From assembly GCA_041937175.2 (NCBI GenBank), contig CP166615.1:3072001-3136000 (forward strand): a stretch of DNA of 64,000 nucleotides, given 5' to 3'. The notes under the pieces were generated by a model, which was not told the origin of the DNA, did no database searches, and worked only from the letters and a program-made list of their open reading frames with translations. Below are positions 1-9,128 of the stretch, one piece after another. Origin of the DNA: Limnothrix sp. BL-A-16. GTDB taxonomy: Bacteria; Cyanobacteriota; Cyanobacteriia; CACIAM-69d. The position numbers and the translations under genes were made by a program. Numbering within the stretch: position 1 is the stretch's first letter; each line of letters begins with the position of its first letter.

Positions 1-467
1 TATTCCAATTGCGCCACCGATAAATTCACCGCATTTCCCCAATCGGAACTCTGTTGGCGTTTATCCAACTCCACCCCCTCCAGTTCATTAATCAGGTCTT
101 TGAGACCATGCTTGGGACTGTAGGTACGGGCTAATTTACTAGCAATCTTGGTGCAAAAAATGGGGTTCGTGGCAATGTCCAGGTGGTATTGCAACATAGC
201 CACATCAAAGCGGGCAAAGTGGAAAACCTTTTCGATCGCCTCATTTTCCAAAAGCTGCTTCAAGTTTGGTGCAACAGTCTGTCCTCGGGCAATTCGCACC
301 ACGGCCACTTGCCCCGCCGAATTACAAATTTGTACCAAACAGAGGCGATCGCGCCAGGGTTTAAGGCCCATGGTTTCCGTATCGATCGCCAGGGCAGAGG
401 CTTGGCAATAGTCAGCGAGGGACTCCGCTGATAAGTCTTGTTCAAAAACCTGAAAATTTTCTAGCAT
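1..467 (-). CDS. rnd: Ribonuclease D-like 3'-5' exonuclease (partial, runs off window start)
   Basis: Not in the ORF track; translated by hand from ATG 467 (GAGG RBS upstream): MLENFQVFEQDL...LAIDTETMGL..RDRLCLVQI...KVFHFARFD...FCTKIASKLARTY...GLKDL..EL.GVELDK..QSSDWG, which are DEDD exonuclease/RNase D motifs. Confidence 0.9.
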   Translation of the reverse strand, partial: MLENFQVFEQDLSAESLADYCQASALAIDTETMGLKPWRDRLCLVQICNSAGQVAVVRIARGQTVAPNLKQLLENEAIEKVFHFARFDVAMLQYHLDIATNPIFCTKIASKLARTYSPKHGLKDLINELEGVELDKRQQSSDWGNAVNLSVAQLE

Positions 468-649
468 TTTCCTCAAGAATCACGGACTAAATGAGTGTTA
501 CTCAAATCAGCATTAATTGAACTGGCACTAACCCGATTTATTGGACATTAACCCAATTGCAGCCTTTTCCTGAAACCATGGTTACGTTCCATCACAGATG
601 CCATGAATCAGCGATTAGGTAGACCATGATTAACCCAGGAGGGCACTCA

Positions 650-754
650 ATTCGCACTAGTCAGCTTGGTACTCGCCAACTCGAAATTCACAAAATTGGC
701 AATCCCCAAATTAGCATTAACCCAATGGGCAATTCGCAAATTAACATTATTCAA
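650..754 (+). repeat. Degenerate 15-bp tandem array (7 units)
   Basis: attcgcactagtcag/cttggtactcgccaa/ctcgaaattcacaaa/attggcaatccccaa/attagcattaaccca/atgggcaattcgcaa/attaacattattcaa. Confidence 0.6.
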
Positions 755-804
755 TTAGCAGAATTAACTCAATCTAAAGAAATAGCCTGCTCATCCACCC
801 ATAG

Positions 805-943
805 GAGGATGTCTGAAAAGCCAAAATTGCTACTCTGTCCGCTCCAGTGCTCAACTTAGACAAGGGGCTTGAGCATCTTGCCCCCACAACTACACAACTA
901 TTGGTGTTTGGCACAGACCAAAAGATACTTTTCAAACATCCTC
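805..943. mobile_element. MITE copy 1 (IS5/IS1031-like ends)
   Basis: TIRs GAGGATGTCTGAAAAG...CTTTTCAAACATCCTC; flanks TAG/TAA; related copies at 6575 and 50837. Confidence 0.85.
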
Positions 944-1183
944 TAAGCGCCTCAAGCTAGCACACAGAGCAAACACCCAGAAATAGCCTGATCCAAATTC
1001 CGAAACCCCGGTGCTCGCGCTGCAATCCTGAACAATCAAGCCCTTGAGTTGCGAGTCAACTTCTGGCCGAGGGTTAAATAACGGCTGATTTTTTGGCCTT
1101 GGGCCCATGGCGCGGATGAATATCCCTAGAATGGGGGCGTAGTTTTTGCTGCAATCGTCTAGCACGCGCCCCAGTGGTTCAGT

Positions 1184-2308
1184 ATGGATGCTTCGGATAG
1201 GGCTAAGAAGGCTGAATCGAACCAAACTGCCAAGCCTTCCTCGGCGGCGGGAGCGGGCCCCCAAGTGTCAAAACGCACGCGCCCCGATCGCGCTTCCGAG
1301 TTGGAAGCTGGCTTGCTGACAGTGGTGGGGAGCGCCGAAGTGCCGGAAGCGGTGCGCGATGCGAATCAACAGGCGGTGAATGGGCCAGCGCGGCCCCAGG
1401 GGCGGCCCTGGCTCGGTATTTTGGGGGGATTGTTGGGCCTCGGAGCGATCACGGCGGGCGGTTTTGCCTACCTTTGGTCAGCGCGGCAGTTGCCCAATGC
1501 CTGGCAGGCTCGCTTAGACCAAATGATCGGTAGCACCCCCAGCCCCACGGCTCCCGCCAGCCCTACGCCAGATCCCAACTCCCTGTTGGGCCATTTGCCC
1601 TACGAAGAAGCACCCCAATCGGAACTTAGCCCCATTGGTAACGATGGCCAAATGCGATTGCGGCGATCGGCGGCTCGGGCCTATCGCTCCATGGCCGCTG
1701 CGGCGCGGGCGGATGGGGTGAGTTTGGTGGTGCTGTCGGCGTTTCGCTCCGTGGAACAGCAACAGTCCGTGTTTTTTAATATCAAGGCTGCCCGCAACCA
1801 AGCGGCCACCAAACGGGCTGAAGTGAGTGCGCCCCCTGGCTATAGCGAACACCACACGGGCTATGCGGTGGATATTGGGGATGCCAATGCACCTTCAACC
1901 AATTTGAATCAGAACTTTGAACAAACGAGGGCTTTTCGCTGGCTGGCGGATCATGCGGCTCGGTTTAATTTCGAGTTGTCGTTTCCAGAGGGCAATCGTC
2001 AAGGCGTGTCCTATGAACCTTGGCATTGGCGCTTTGTGGGCGATCGCCACAGTCTGGAAACCTTCTATAAGGCTCGTCAGCAAGAGACTGGGAGATCGGG
2101 AAGTAGCCCTGCTGGAGCTGAAGTTCTTGAATCTACGCCGACTCCAACCGATCGCCCCAATTCGTCCTCTGAGTCTGATGAGGTAGACTCCCCGATCGAG
2201 TCGCGTCCCGATGCGGTGGATCAGCAAGATCGCGAAAGCCAGGATTCTAATAACTCGCAGCCTAATAACTCGCAGCCCTCTCCCCGCTCTCTCATCGATC
2301 GCTCCTAG
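1184..2308 (+). CDS. D-alanyl-D-alanine carboxypeptidase (VanY/M15B family), membrane anchored
   Basis: SAFRS..QQ, SAPPGYSEHHTGYAVD and YEPWHWRF motifs; one TM helix; low-complexity tails. Confidence 0.9.
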   Translation: MDASDRAKKAESNQTAKPSSAAGAGPQVSKRTRPDRASELEAGLLTVVGSAEVPEAVRDANQQAVNGPARPQGRPWLGILGGLLGLGAITAGGFAYLWSARQLPNAWQARLDQMIGSTPSPTAPASPTPDPNSLLGHLPYEEAPQSELSPIGNDGQMRLRRSAARAYRSMAAAARADGVSLVVLSAFRSVEQQQSVFFNIKAARNQAATKRAEVSAPPGYSEHHTGYAVDIGDANAPSTNLNQNFEQTRAFRWLADHAARFNFELSFPEGNRQGVSYEPWHWRFVGDRHSLETFYKARQQETGRSGSSPAGAEVLESTPTPTDRPNSSSESDEVDSPIESRPDAVDQQDRESQDSNNSQPNNSQPSPRSLIDRS

Positions 2309-2318
2309 TCGATCGCTC

Positions 2319-4301
2319 CTAGATCTTGGGCTTCCGACCCCCAGGCAATCGGAGTTGCACCAAGGGACTGAGGGCGCAACCCCAGAAAAAGGCTTGGCGC
2401 ACCGTGGCCGTGAGGGCGATCGAGGGGTCAGAACTTTGGCGCAATTGTCCTAATTTCAGGGCTTTGTAGCCATTGGCAACCATGATTCGCAGCGCCAACC
2501 CGGGCCAGGCGATCGGGGGGGTAATGATCCGTTTGAGGGCAAACGTAGCCAACCCACAGGCCCGGGCCAGACGAATCAGATAGGCGCGATCGAGCCGCCA
2601 AGCGGGAATTTGGTGATGGGTTTTTAGGCGGGGTGCAAACCAAATTTCCCAGCCCGCACGCGCCAGGTACAGCAAGGGTTCATAATCATCCCCCTGCACG
2701 AATCGACCGGCTAATTTCCCGCTTAATTGGGGTTCCGGGGGCACGGTGGCTAACCAAGCAGCACGATTGACAATCAACGCCGCAGCGGGCGGGAGGCGTA
2801 ACTGCTGGGCCAGGAAGGGGCCGGGGCGGTCAGCAAACTCAGGATAGCTGCGAATGGCTAAATAGCCTTCCAAGTCACGCAGGGCCGGCGGCGGGTCGAT
2901 CGCATAGGCTCCCAAAACCTTGCCCCCAAAGGCCCCAACTTGAGGATGAGCCTCCGCAAAGGCGATCGCCTCCCGTAGCCAGTCCGGTTCCGGCCAGTTG
3001 TCATCGTCCAAAAAGGCCACCCAAGGGGCCGCCGTCAACCGCACGGCCCGTTGTCGGGCAAAGGCAGCTCCCTGGCATGGTTCTTGGCTGATGTGTAAAG
3101 GGCAGCGGTTCCAAGTTTGTTGAATTTGGCGCAGGTGGGCGATCGTTCCGTCACTGCTGTTGTTGTCGATCGCCCAAATTTCCCACCGCAAATCGGGCGG
3201 CATTTCCAACGCTTGGAGCCGATCGAACAGGGCAGGCAGTCGATCGGCTCCGTTGTAAATCGGAATCGCGATCGCAATTTGGGGAGTCCATGGCTGCGAC
3301 GAGCTGGCCGCCAGTTGAGCTGCACGGGCAATGGCTTGGCGATCGCCCCGGTGCTCTCGATCGCGAAACCAGCGACCCATCACCCAAGGACTCGTCAGGG
3401 TGCTGATCAGGAGCGATCGCTCGCAAACCAAGACCGGATCTGACGATCGCCACCCCCCTGGATGTTGCAGCCACCAGCCCAACAACCGACGCAAATCGGA
3501 CAGACCATAGAACCACGGGATGAGGAATCGGCGCGATCGATCCACCCGCAACAGCCGCACCACATAGCGACTCCAGCCAATGCCCTGAGCAAAGGAACGG
3601 AGATAATCGGCCGTGAAGCGGGTTGCCGGGAGCCGGTGACTCATTCGCAATGTGGGGCAGTAGGCTACCCGGTAGCCCGTTCGCTGAAGATAAACCAATG
3701 CTTCCAAATCTTCGGAAGTGAGCCAGGTGTTTCCCGTTCGCCCGCCCAGGATCAACCGAGGTGGCACGGCCGCCAGCCAAGCGGCCCGACGCACCACCAA
3801 CCCCGCAGACGGCGGCAACAGGCCGCGCCCTGGCTCATAGACAAACGGCCGATCGCCCCGATCGACAATCGCAAAGAGCGATCGAATCCGTGCAAACCCC
3901 ACCGGTTCCGGCCCCTCCAAAACCGGCAGGATGCGCCCCCCAAAAGCCCCCACCAGGTTTCGATCGACCCAATCGCTCTGGGCAAACTGCCACGCCTGGG
4001 CTACCCAATCGGGATCCGGCACGGTGTCATCATCCAGAAAAGCCACCCAATCCGCACCCGATCGCACGATCGCCCGTTGCCTGGCAAAGGCCGCGCCCTG
4101 TTGTGGCTCTTGATCCCAATGAATTCGGGCCGATCGAGCTTGGAAGGCGGCCACCACCTCCCGGGTGCGATCGTCACTATTGTTGTCAATCACCCAAATG
4201 TCCCAGTCGATCGCCTGGGTTTCCACCTGGGCCAACAACGCCTCCAGAACGATCGGCAGGCGATCGGCCCCGTTATAGGTCGGAATCGCAACAGTCAGCA
4301 C
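2319..4301 (-). CDS. Tandem double GT2 glycosyltransferase (two HpsE-like domains)
   Basis: Two copies of AIPxYNGADRLP...W.IDNNS.D.T...QGAAFARQRA...WVAFLDDD...GAFGG...PP.A.L.V.RAAWLA.VPP. Confidence 0.88.
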   Translation of the reverse strand: MLTVAIPTYNGADRLPIVLEALLAQVETQAIDWDIWVIDNNSDDRTREVVAAFQARSARIHWDQEPQQGAAFARQRAIVRSGADWVAFLDDDTVPDPDWVAQAWQFAQSDWVDRNLVGAFGGRILPVLEGPEPVGFARIRSLFAIVDRGDRPFVYEPGRGLLPPSAGLVVRRAAWLAAVPPRLILGGRTGNTWLTSEDLEALVYLQRTGYRVAYCPTLRMSHRLPATRFTADYLRSFAQGIGWSRYVVRLLRVDRSRRFLIPWFYGLSDLRRLLGWWLQHPGGWRSSDPVLVCERSLLISTLTSPWVMGRWFRDREHRGDRQAIARAAQLAASSSQPWTPQIAIAIPIYNGADRLPALFDRLQALEMPPDLRWEIWAIDNNSSDGTIAHLRQIQQTWNRCPLHISQEPCQGAAFARQRAVRLTAAPWVAFLDDDNWPEPDWLREAIAFAEAHPQVGAFGGKVLGAYAIDPPPALRDLEGYLAIRSYPEFADRPGPFLAQQLRLPPAAALIVNRAAWLATVPPEPQLSGKLAGRFVQGDDYEPLLYLARAGWEIWFAPRLKTHHQIPAWRLDRAYLIRLARACGLATFALKRIITPPIAWPGLALRIMVANGYKALKLGQLRQSSDPSIALTATVRQAFFWGCALSPLVQLRLPGGRKPKI

Positions 4302-4542
4302 AAATCAGCACAGAATCGAATTAATGGCTACGGCTAGCAGTCTCCAGTATGAGTGATTCGCTTGAAATTGCTCGGGTGGTATCAGGTAATGAACTATTAA
4401 GTGACAGATTGAGCTGGCCGCGAAAGCAATTGCACATTGCCCGTGCCATTTATCCGATCGCCCAGAGGGAGTTGCTGAAGCGGCAAATGACCCGATAGGG
4501 TTGTGTTGCTTTGTTGATCGCCTGTTCTAGCACCCCTTTGCC

Positions 4543-6531
4543 ATGATTGCTTCTGCCTTTGCCGAATCGGAGCTATTTCCCCAGGATCGGGCCCAGATGG
4601 GCCGTGCCGTGGATTATTCGGGCGCACAAAATTTGACTCAGGTGTGGGTGCGGGCGGCCCAACGCTTTGGCACGTTGCCGGCCCTGCGCGATTGCCACTC
4701 GTCACCAGCGCTGGAGCTGAATTTTGCGGAACTGCTGGAATATCTGCAAACGTTTGCGGCGGGACTGCAAACGCTGCTGAGTCCTGAGGATGCCAGTGCG
4801 CGGGAGGAGGCCGGATTGGCTGTGCCGCCTCGGGTGGCGCTGTTTGCGGACAACAGTGCTCGGTGGTTTGTGGCGGATCAGGGCACGATGGCGGCGGGGT
4901 TTGCCAATGCGGTGCGAAGTTCTTTGGCGGAAACGGAGGAATTGCGCTACATCCTGGCGGACAGTGGGGCGCGACTCTTGATTGTTGAGAATCAAAAGAC
5001 GCTGAATCGGTTGGCCGATCGCCTGGGAGATTTGCCTTTGGTGGCGATCGTGCTGTTGTCGGATGAGGAGCCGGTGCGATCGGGCGCGATCGGGGATGAT
5101 GTGTTGCTTTTGAATTTTTTGGAGTTGCTGGAGCGGGGGCGCGATCGCCTGAAAACTCACCCTTGGCAGCCGCCCCAACAGGATCCAAACACCCTAGCCA
5201 CGCTGATCTATACCTCCGGAACCACGGGGCAACCGAAGGGGGTGATGTTGTCCCACGGGAACTATCTCTATCAGCTCAGTGCGTTCCGAACGGTGGTGGC
5301 TCCCCAACCGGGCGATCGGGTGTTGACGCTGTTGCCCACCTGGCACTCTTTTGGCCGCATTGGGGACTATTACTTGCTCTGTCAAGGTTGCGTTTTGGTT
5401 TACACCAACATTCGCCAGCTCAAGGCGGATTTGAAGACCCATCGCCCCCAATACATGATGGCTGTGCCGCGCCTGTGGGAGTCGATTTATGAAGGGGTGC
5501 AAAAGCAATTCCAATCCCAACCGGCCAGTACCCAAAAAATTGCCCAAACCTTTTTGGGGTTCAGTGAGCGTTACGTGCGGGCCAAGCGCCGCTGGCAGGG
5601 GCTGGAGTTGCGATCGAAACCGGCAGCGGGTTTGGAAAAATTGCTGGCGGGGGCAGGGGCGATCGCCCATTGGCCGCTGCACCGATTGGGCGATCGACTG
5701 GTGTATCAAAAAATTCGGCAAGCCACCGGGGGCGAGCTGCGGTATGCCATCAGTGGCGGCGGTTCCTTGGCGGCCCACCTGGAAATGTTCTTTGAGATTG
5801 TGGGGGTGAATGTGCTGGTGGGCTATGGTCTGACGGAGACTTCCCCGGTGCTGACGGTGCGACGTAATTGGCGAAATTTGCGGGGGACTTCTGGGCTGCC
5901 GCTGCCGGCCACGGAGTTGCGATCGGTTGATTTGGAAACCCGCCAGCCGCTGCCAGCGGGCGAAAAGGGCCTGATTCTGGCCCGGGGCCCACAAATCATG
6001 GCGGGCTACTTTGGCAAACCGGAGGCAACGGCAAAGGCGATCGACCCGGAAGGCTGGTTTGATACGGGAGATTTGGGTTGGCTGTCGCCGCTCAGGGACA
6101 TCACCATCACCGGTCGAGCCAAGGACACGATCGTCCTGACCAATGGGGAAAATATTGAACCCCAGCCGATCGAGGATGCCTGTATTCGCAGTCCCTACAT
6201 CAGCCAAATTGTGTTGGTGGGTCAAGACCAAAAGACGCTCGGGGCTTTGATTGTGCCCAACCAGGAGGCGATCGCCGCTTGGGCCACAGAGCAGGGGCTT
6301 GATCCGGTGGATCTCCAAAGCGATCGGGTACAGGCCTTGATTCGAGATGAGTTGGCGCGGGAAGTGAAAAATCGCCCCGGTTACAAAGCCGAAGAACGCA
6401 TTAGCATCTTCCGTTTTTTGGCGGAACCCCTGTCGATCGAAAACGGTCTGTTAACCCAAACGATGAAAGTGCGCCGAAACGTGGTGTTTGAGCGGTTTGC
6501 GGATTTGATCACTGCCATGTTTGCCAGCTAG
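4543..6531 (+). CDS. aas: Acyl-ACP synthetase / long-chain fatty acid-CoA ligase
   Basis: IYTSGTTGQPKGVML, GYGLTETSP, GWFDTGDLG, GRAKDTIVLTNGENIEP. Confidence 0.9.
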   Translation: MIASAFAESELFPQDRAQMGRAVDYSGAQNLTQVWVRAAQRFGTLPALRDCHSSPALELNFAELLEYLQTFAAGLQTLLSPEDASAREEAGLAVPPRVALFADNSARWFVADQGTMAAGFANAVRSSLAETEELRYILADSGARLLIVENQKTLNRLADRLGDLPLVAIVLLSDEEPVRSGAIGDDVLLLNFLELLERGRDRLKTHPWQPPQQDPNTLATLIYTSGTTGQPKGVMLSHGNYLYQLSAFRTVVAPQPGDRVLTLLPTWHSFGRIGDYYLLCQGCVLVYTNIRQLKADLKTHRPQYMMAVPRLWESIYEGVQKQFQSQPASTQKIAQTFLGFSERYVRAKRRWQGLELRSKPAAGLEKLLAGAGAIAHWPLHRLGDRLVYQKIRQATGGELRYAISGGGSLAAHLEMFFEIVGVNVLVGYGLTETSPVLTVRRNWRNLRGTSGLPLPATELRSVDLETRQPLPAGEKGLILARGPQIMAGYFGKPEATAKAIDPEGWFDTGDLGWLSPLRDITITGRAKDTIVLTNGENIEPQPIEDACIRSPYISQIVLVGQDQKTLGALIVPNQEAIAAWATEQGLDPVDLQSDRVQALIRDELAREVKNRPGYKAEERISIFRFLAEPLSIENGLLTQTMKVRRNVVFERFADLITAMFAS

Positions 6532-6574
6532 CCCCCTAGGGCGATCGCTGCTTTGGCCCTTGGCCACTCCTTTA

Positions 6575-6704
6575 GAGGATGTCTGAAAAGCCCAAATTGC
6601 TACTCTGTACGCCCCAGTGATCGACTCAGACAAGGGGCTTAAGCCCCTTGTCCCTACGACTATTGGTGCTTGCCCGTGCCAAAGAATACTTTTTAAACAT
6701 CCTC
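6575..6704. mobile_element. MITE copy 2 (130 bp)
   Basis: Same TIRs; perfect TTA/TTA target-site duplication (6572-6574, 6705-6707). Confidence 0.9.
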
Positions 6705-6750
6705 TTAGGCTTTGATCGCCCCTGAAATAGGTTTGAGAAACCCAGTTGCA

Positions 6751-7380
6751 ATGATGTTCCAGGATCCAGCCTTGTTCAAACAGTTCCTTGGGCGGGCCGC
6801 CTTGCTCTCCGTGCTGCTCTGCGCTGGCGGCGCGGCCCGGGCGGGCGATCGCCCAGGGATGCCGGTTGCAAGGGAACAGCCGATTTCGGTTCAAGAACGG
6901 CGCATGGAACTGGTTTCGATCGCGGATCTGTTAGCCAATCCGCAACGGTGGGTCGATCGACTCATTGAAGTGCGGGGCCGTTTGCAACCCAGCCCGGATC
7001 CACAGGGGGCGATCGGCTGCACCCGTATGGCCTGTCCTTTTCCCAGCACCGCCCAACCCGGTGACCAGCGAGATTGCAATCGCTGCCAAGGGCCCGCCGG
7101 GTTACAAGCGGGGTCTCAATGGTTAGCCCTCAGCAATTTGCGGTGTACGGGCGTTGAGCAACTGACTTTGCGCCCGGGTGGTCAGGTCGATCGCGCCATT
7201 CGTTGGGAAAGTGCCCAACTGGAGGATCAAGCCTGGAGCCTCGATCGGTCTTACAGTGCCGTGGGAATCTTGCGGCGCAATACCGGCCCCGGGGCCGATC
7301 GCACCCGATACGAATTGGAGGTTCGATCGCTAGTAAACCTCGATCAAAATTCCTCTGAGCCGATTCCTGGACTCTGGTAG
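6751..7380 (+). CDS. Hypothetical secreted Cys-containing protein
   Basis: Signal-peptide-like RAALLSVLLCAGGAARA; CTRMACP...CNRC; ATG start chosen at 6751 (ORF track starts at TTG 6712). Confidence 0.65.
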   Translation: MMFQDPALFKQFLGRAALLSVLLCAGGAARAGDRPGMPVAREQPISVQERRMELVSIADLLANPQRWVDRLIEVRGRLQPSPDPQGAIGCTRMACPFPSTAQPGDQRDCNRCQGPAGLQAGSQWLALSNLRCTGVEQLTLRPGGQVDRAIRWESAQLEDQAWSLDRSYSAVGILRRNTGPGADRTRYELEVRSLVNLDQNSSEPIPGLW

Positions 7381-7385
7381 CGCTC

Positions 7386-7429
7386 AATCAAAAGCGAGAT
7401 CCCCTCAAAGGAAGACCTCGCTTTTGATT
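7386..7429. terminator. Bidirectional intrinsic terminator
   Basis: AATCAAAAGCGAG...CTCGCTTTTGATT between convergent genes. Confidence 0.75.
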
Positions 7430-7462
7430 TAGATCGGTTTGCAGATTGATTGGTTGGCAAAT

Positions 7463-8647
7463 TTAGCGATCGACCGATCCCATAATCACGTCGATGCTGC
7501 CCAGAATCGCCATGATGTCCGCCACCTTCACGCCCTTCAGCAAGTGCGGCAGAATTTGCAAATTGGTGAAGTCCGGAGCCTTGATCTTGAAGCGCCAGGG
7601 GAACACATTGTCATCGCCCACGATGAACACGCCCAGTTCGCCCTTACCGCTTTCCAGGCGCACATAATGCTCGCCCTTGGGAATCTTGAACGTGGGAGCC
7701 AACTTCTTGCCAATGAATTGGTAGTCAAAGCCGTTCCATTCGGACTTTGGCCCACTCAGCATCCGTTGGGCTTCCAGGTTTTCGTAGGGGCCGCCAGGGA
7801 TCTGATCCAGCGCTTGCAAGAGCATCTTGTTCGACTCGCGCATTTCCCGCACCCGCACCAGGTAGCGAGCGAAGCAGTCGCCGCCGGTTTCCCACTGCAC
7901 ATCCCAATCCAGTTCGTCGTAGCACTCGTAGTGATCGACTTTCCGCAGATCCCACTTCACGCCCGAACCGCGCAGCATCGGGCCCGATAGACCCCAGTTG
8001 ATTGCTTCTTCGCGGCTGATTGTGCCAATGCCTTCCACGCGGCGGCGGAAGATTGGGTTATTGGTGATTAGCTTTTCGTATTCGTCGATTTTGGGCGCGA
8101 AGTAGTTGCAGAAGTCGCGGCACTTGTCGATCCAGCCGTAGGGTAGGTCGGCAGCCACGCCGCCCATGCGGAAATAGTTGTTGTTAATCAGTCGTGCGCC
8201 CGTGGCCGCTTCCCACAGGTCATAGATCATCTCCCGTTCGCGGAAGATGTAGAAGAAGGGGGTTTGCGCACCCACATCAGCCAGGAAGGGGCCAAGCCAC
8301 AGCAGGTGGTTGGCGATTCGGTTCAGCTCCAGCATGATCATGCGGATGTAGCTGGCGCGGCGGGGCACTTCAATGCCGGCGAGCTTTTCAGGAGCGTTAA
8401 CCGTGATCGCTTCGTTGAACATCCCGGCGGCGTAGTCCCACCGACTGACGTAGGGCACAAACATAATGTTGGTGCGGTTTTCGGCGATTTTCTCCATGCC
8501 GCGATGGAGATAGCCAATGACGGGTTCGCAGTCGAGGACGTTTTCGCCGTCGAGGGTGACGATGAGCCGCAACACGCCGTGCATGGACGGGTGATGGGGG
8601 CCCATGTTCACGACCATCGGTTCGGTTTTGGTTTCAATCCGGGTCAT
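7463..8647 (-). CDS. ndhH: NAD(P)H-quinone oxidoreductase subunit H
   Basis: [28 protein letters not shown]...[10 protein letters not shown]...[11 protein letters not shown]; 394 aa from ATG 8647. Confidence 0.98.
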   Translation of the reverse strand: MTRIETKTEPMVVNMGPHHPSMHGVLRLIVTLDGENVLDCEPVIGYLHRGMEKIAENRTNIMFVPYVSRWDYAAGMFNEAITVNAPEKLAGIEVPRRASYIRMIMLELNRIANHLLWLGPFLADVGAQTPFFYIFREREMIYDLWEAATGARLINNNYFRMGGVAADLPYGWIDKCRDFCNYFAPKIDEYEKLITNNPIFRRRVEGIGTISREEAINWGLSGPMLRGSGVKWDLRKVDHYECYDELDWDVQWETGGDCFARYLVRVREMRESNKMLLQALDQIPGGPYENLEAQRMLSGPKSEWNGFDYQFIGKKLAPTFKIPKGEHYVRLESGKGELGVFIVGDDNVFPWRFKIKAPDFTNLQILPHLLKGVKVADIMAILGSIDVIMGSVDR

Positions 8648-9128
8648 AGGATCGATCGGTCTCCGTTGGTGGTTGCACTGGGCATCGCGTGTGGGCGATC
8701 GCCGCGTTGAATCAAGTCGGTGGCTGGGCGCACGACCGGTGGATGGCGATGGAACACCGCTTGCCATTATCAACCGAAATTGCGGCGGACTGGCGGATCA
8801 GTGGGGAGCGATCGATTGTTTTTTGTTTGATCGCCCATAATCGCGGTTGTCGGTCATGGCAATTCGGGCATGGCAATTCGGGCATGGCAATTACGGGCAA
8901 TTGCGGGTGAGTTGCCCATCGTCACCCCGCTGGACTCCTCTTTGGACTCCTCATCGGTAATGGGTCTTAATCCATCCTGCTTAATTCTGATTCATCCTGA
9001 TTAATCCTGCTGGCTCTTGATTCTGCTCAATTCTGGTTAATGTTTGATGCCTGATGCCTGAGGAATCGCAAGGGCCATGGGACAATGAAGCGACAGAAAT
9101 TCAAAAGCGCCCCTTCAGGACTTGATCC

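Noticed and set aside
148..445. Short ORFs at the window start
   Set aside because: They overlap the rnd gene in other frames or on the other strand.
1184..2308. Vancomycin-resistance gene
   Set aside because: VanY-family carboxypeptidases are routine cell-wall enzymes; no vanHAX or vanRS genes are present.
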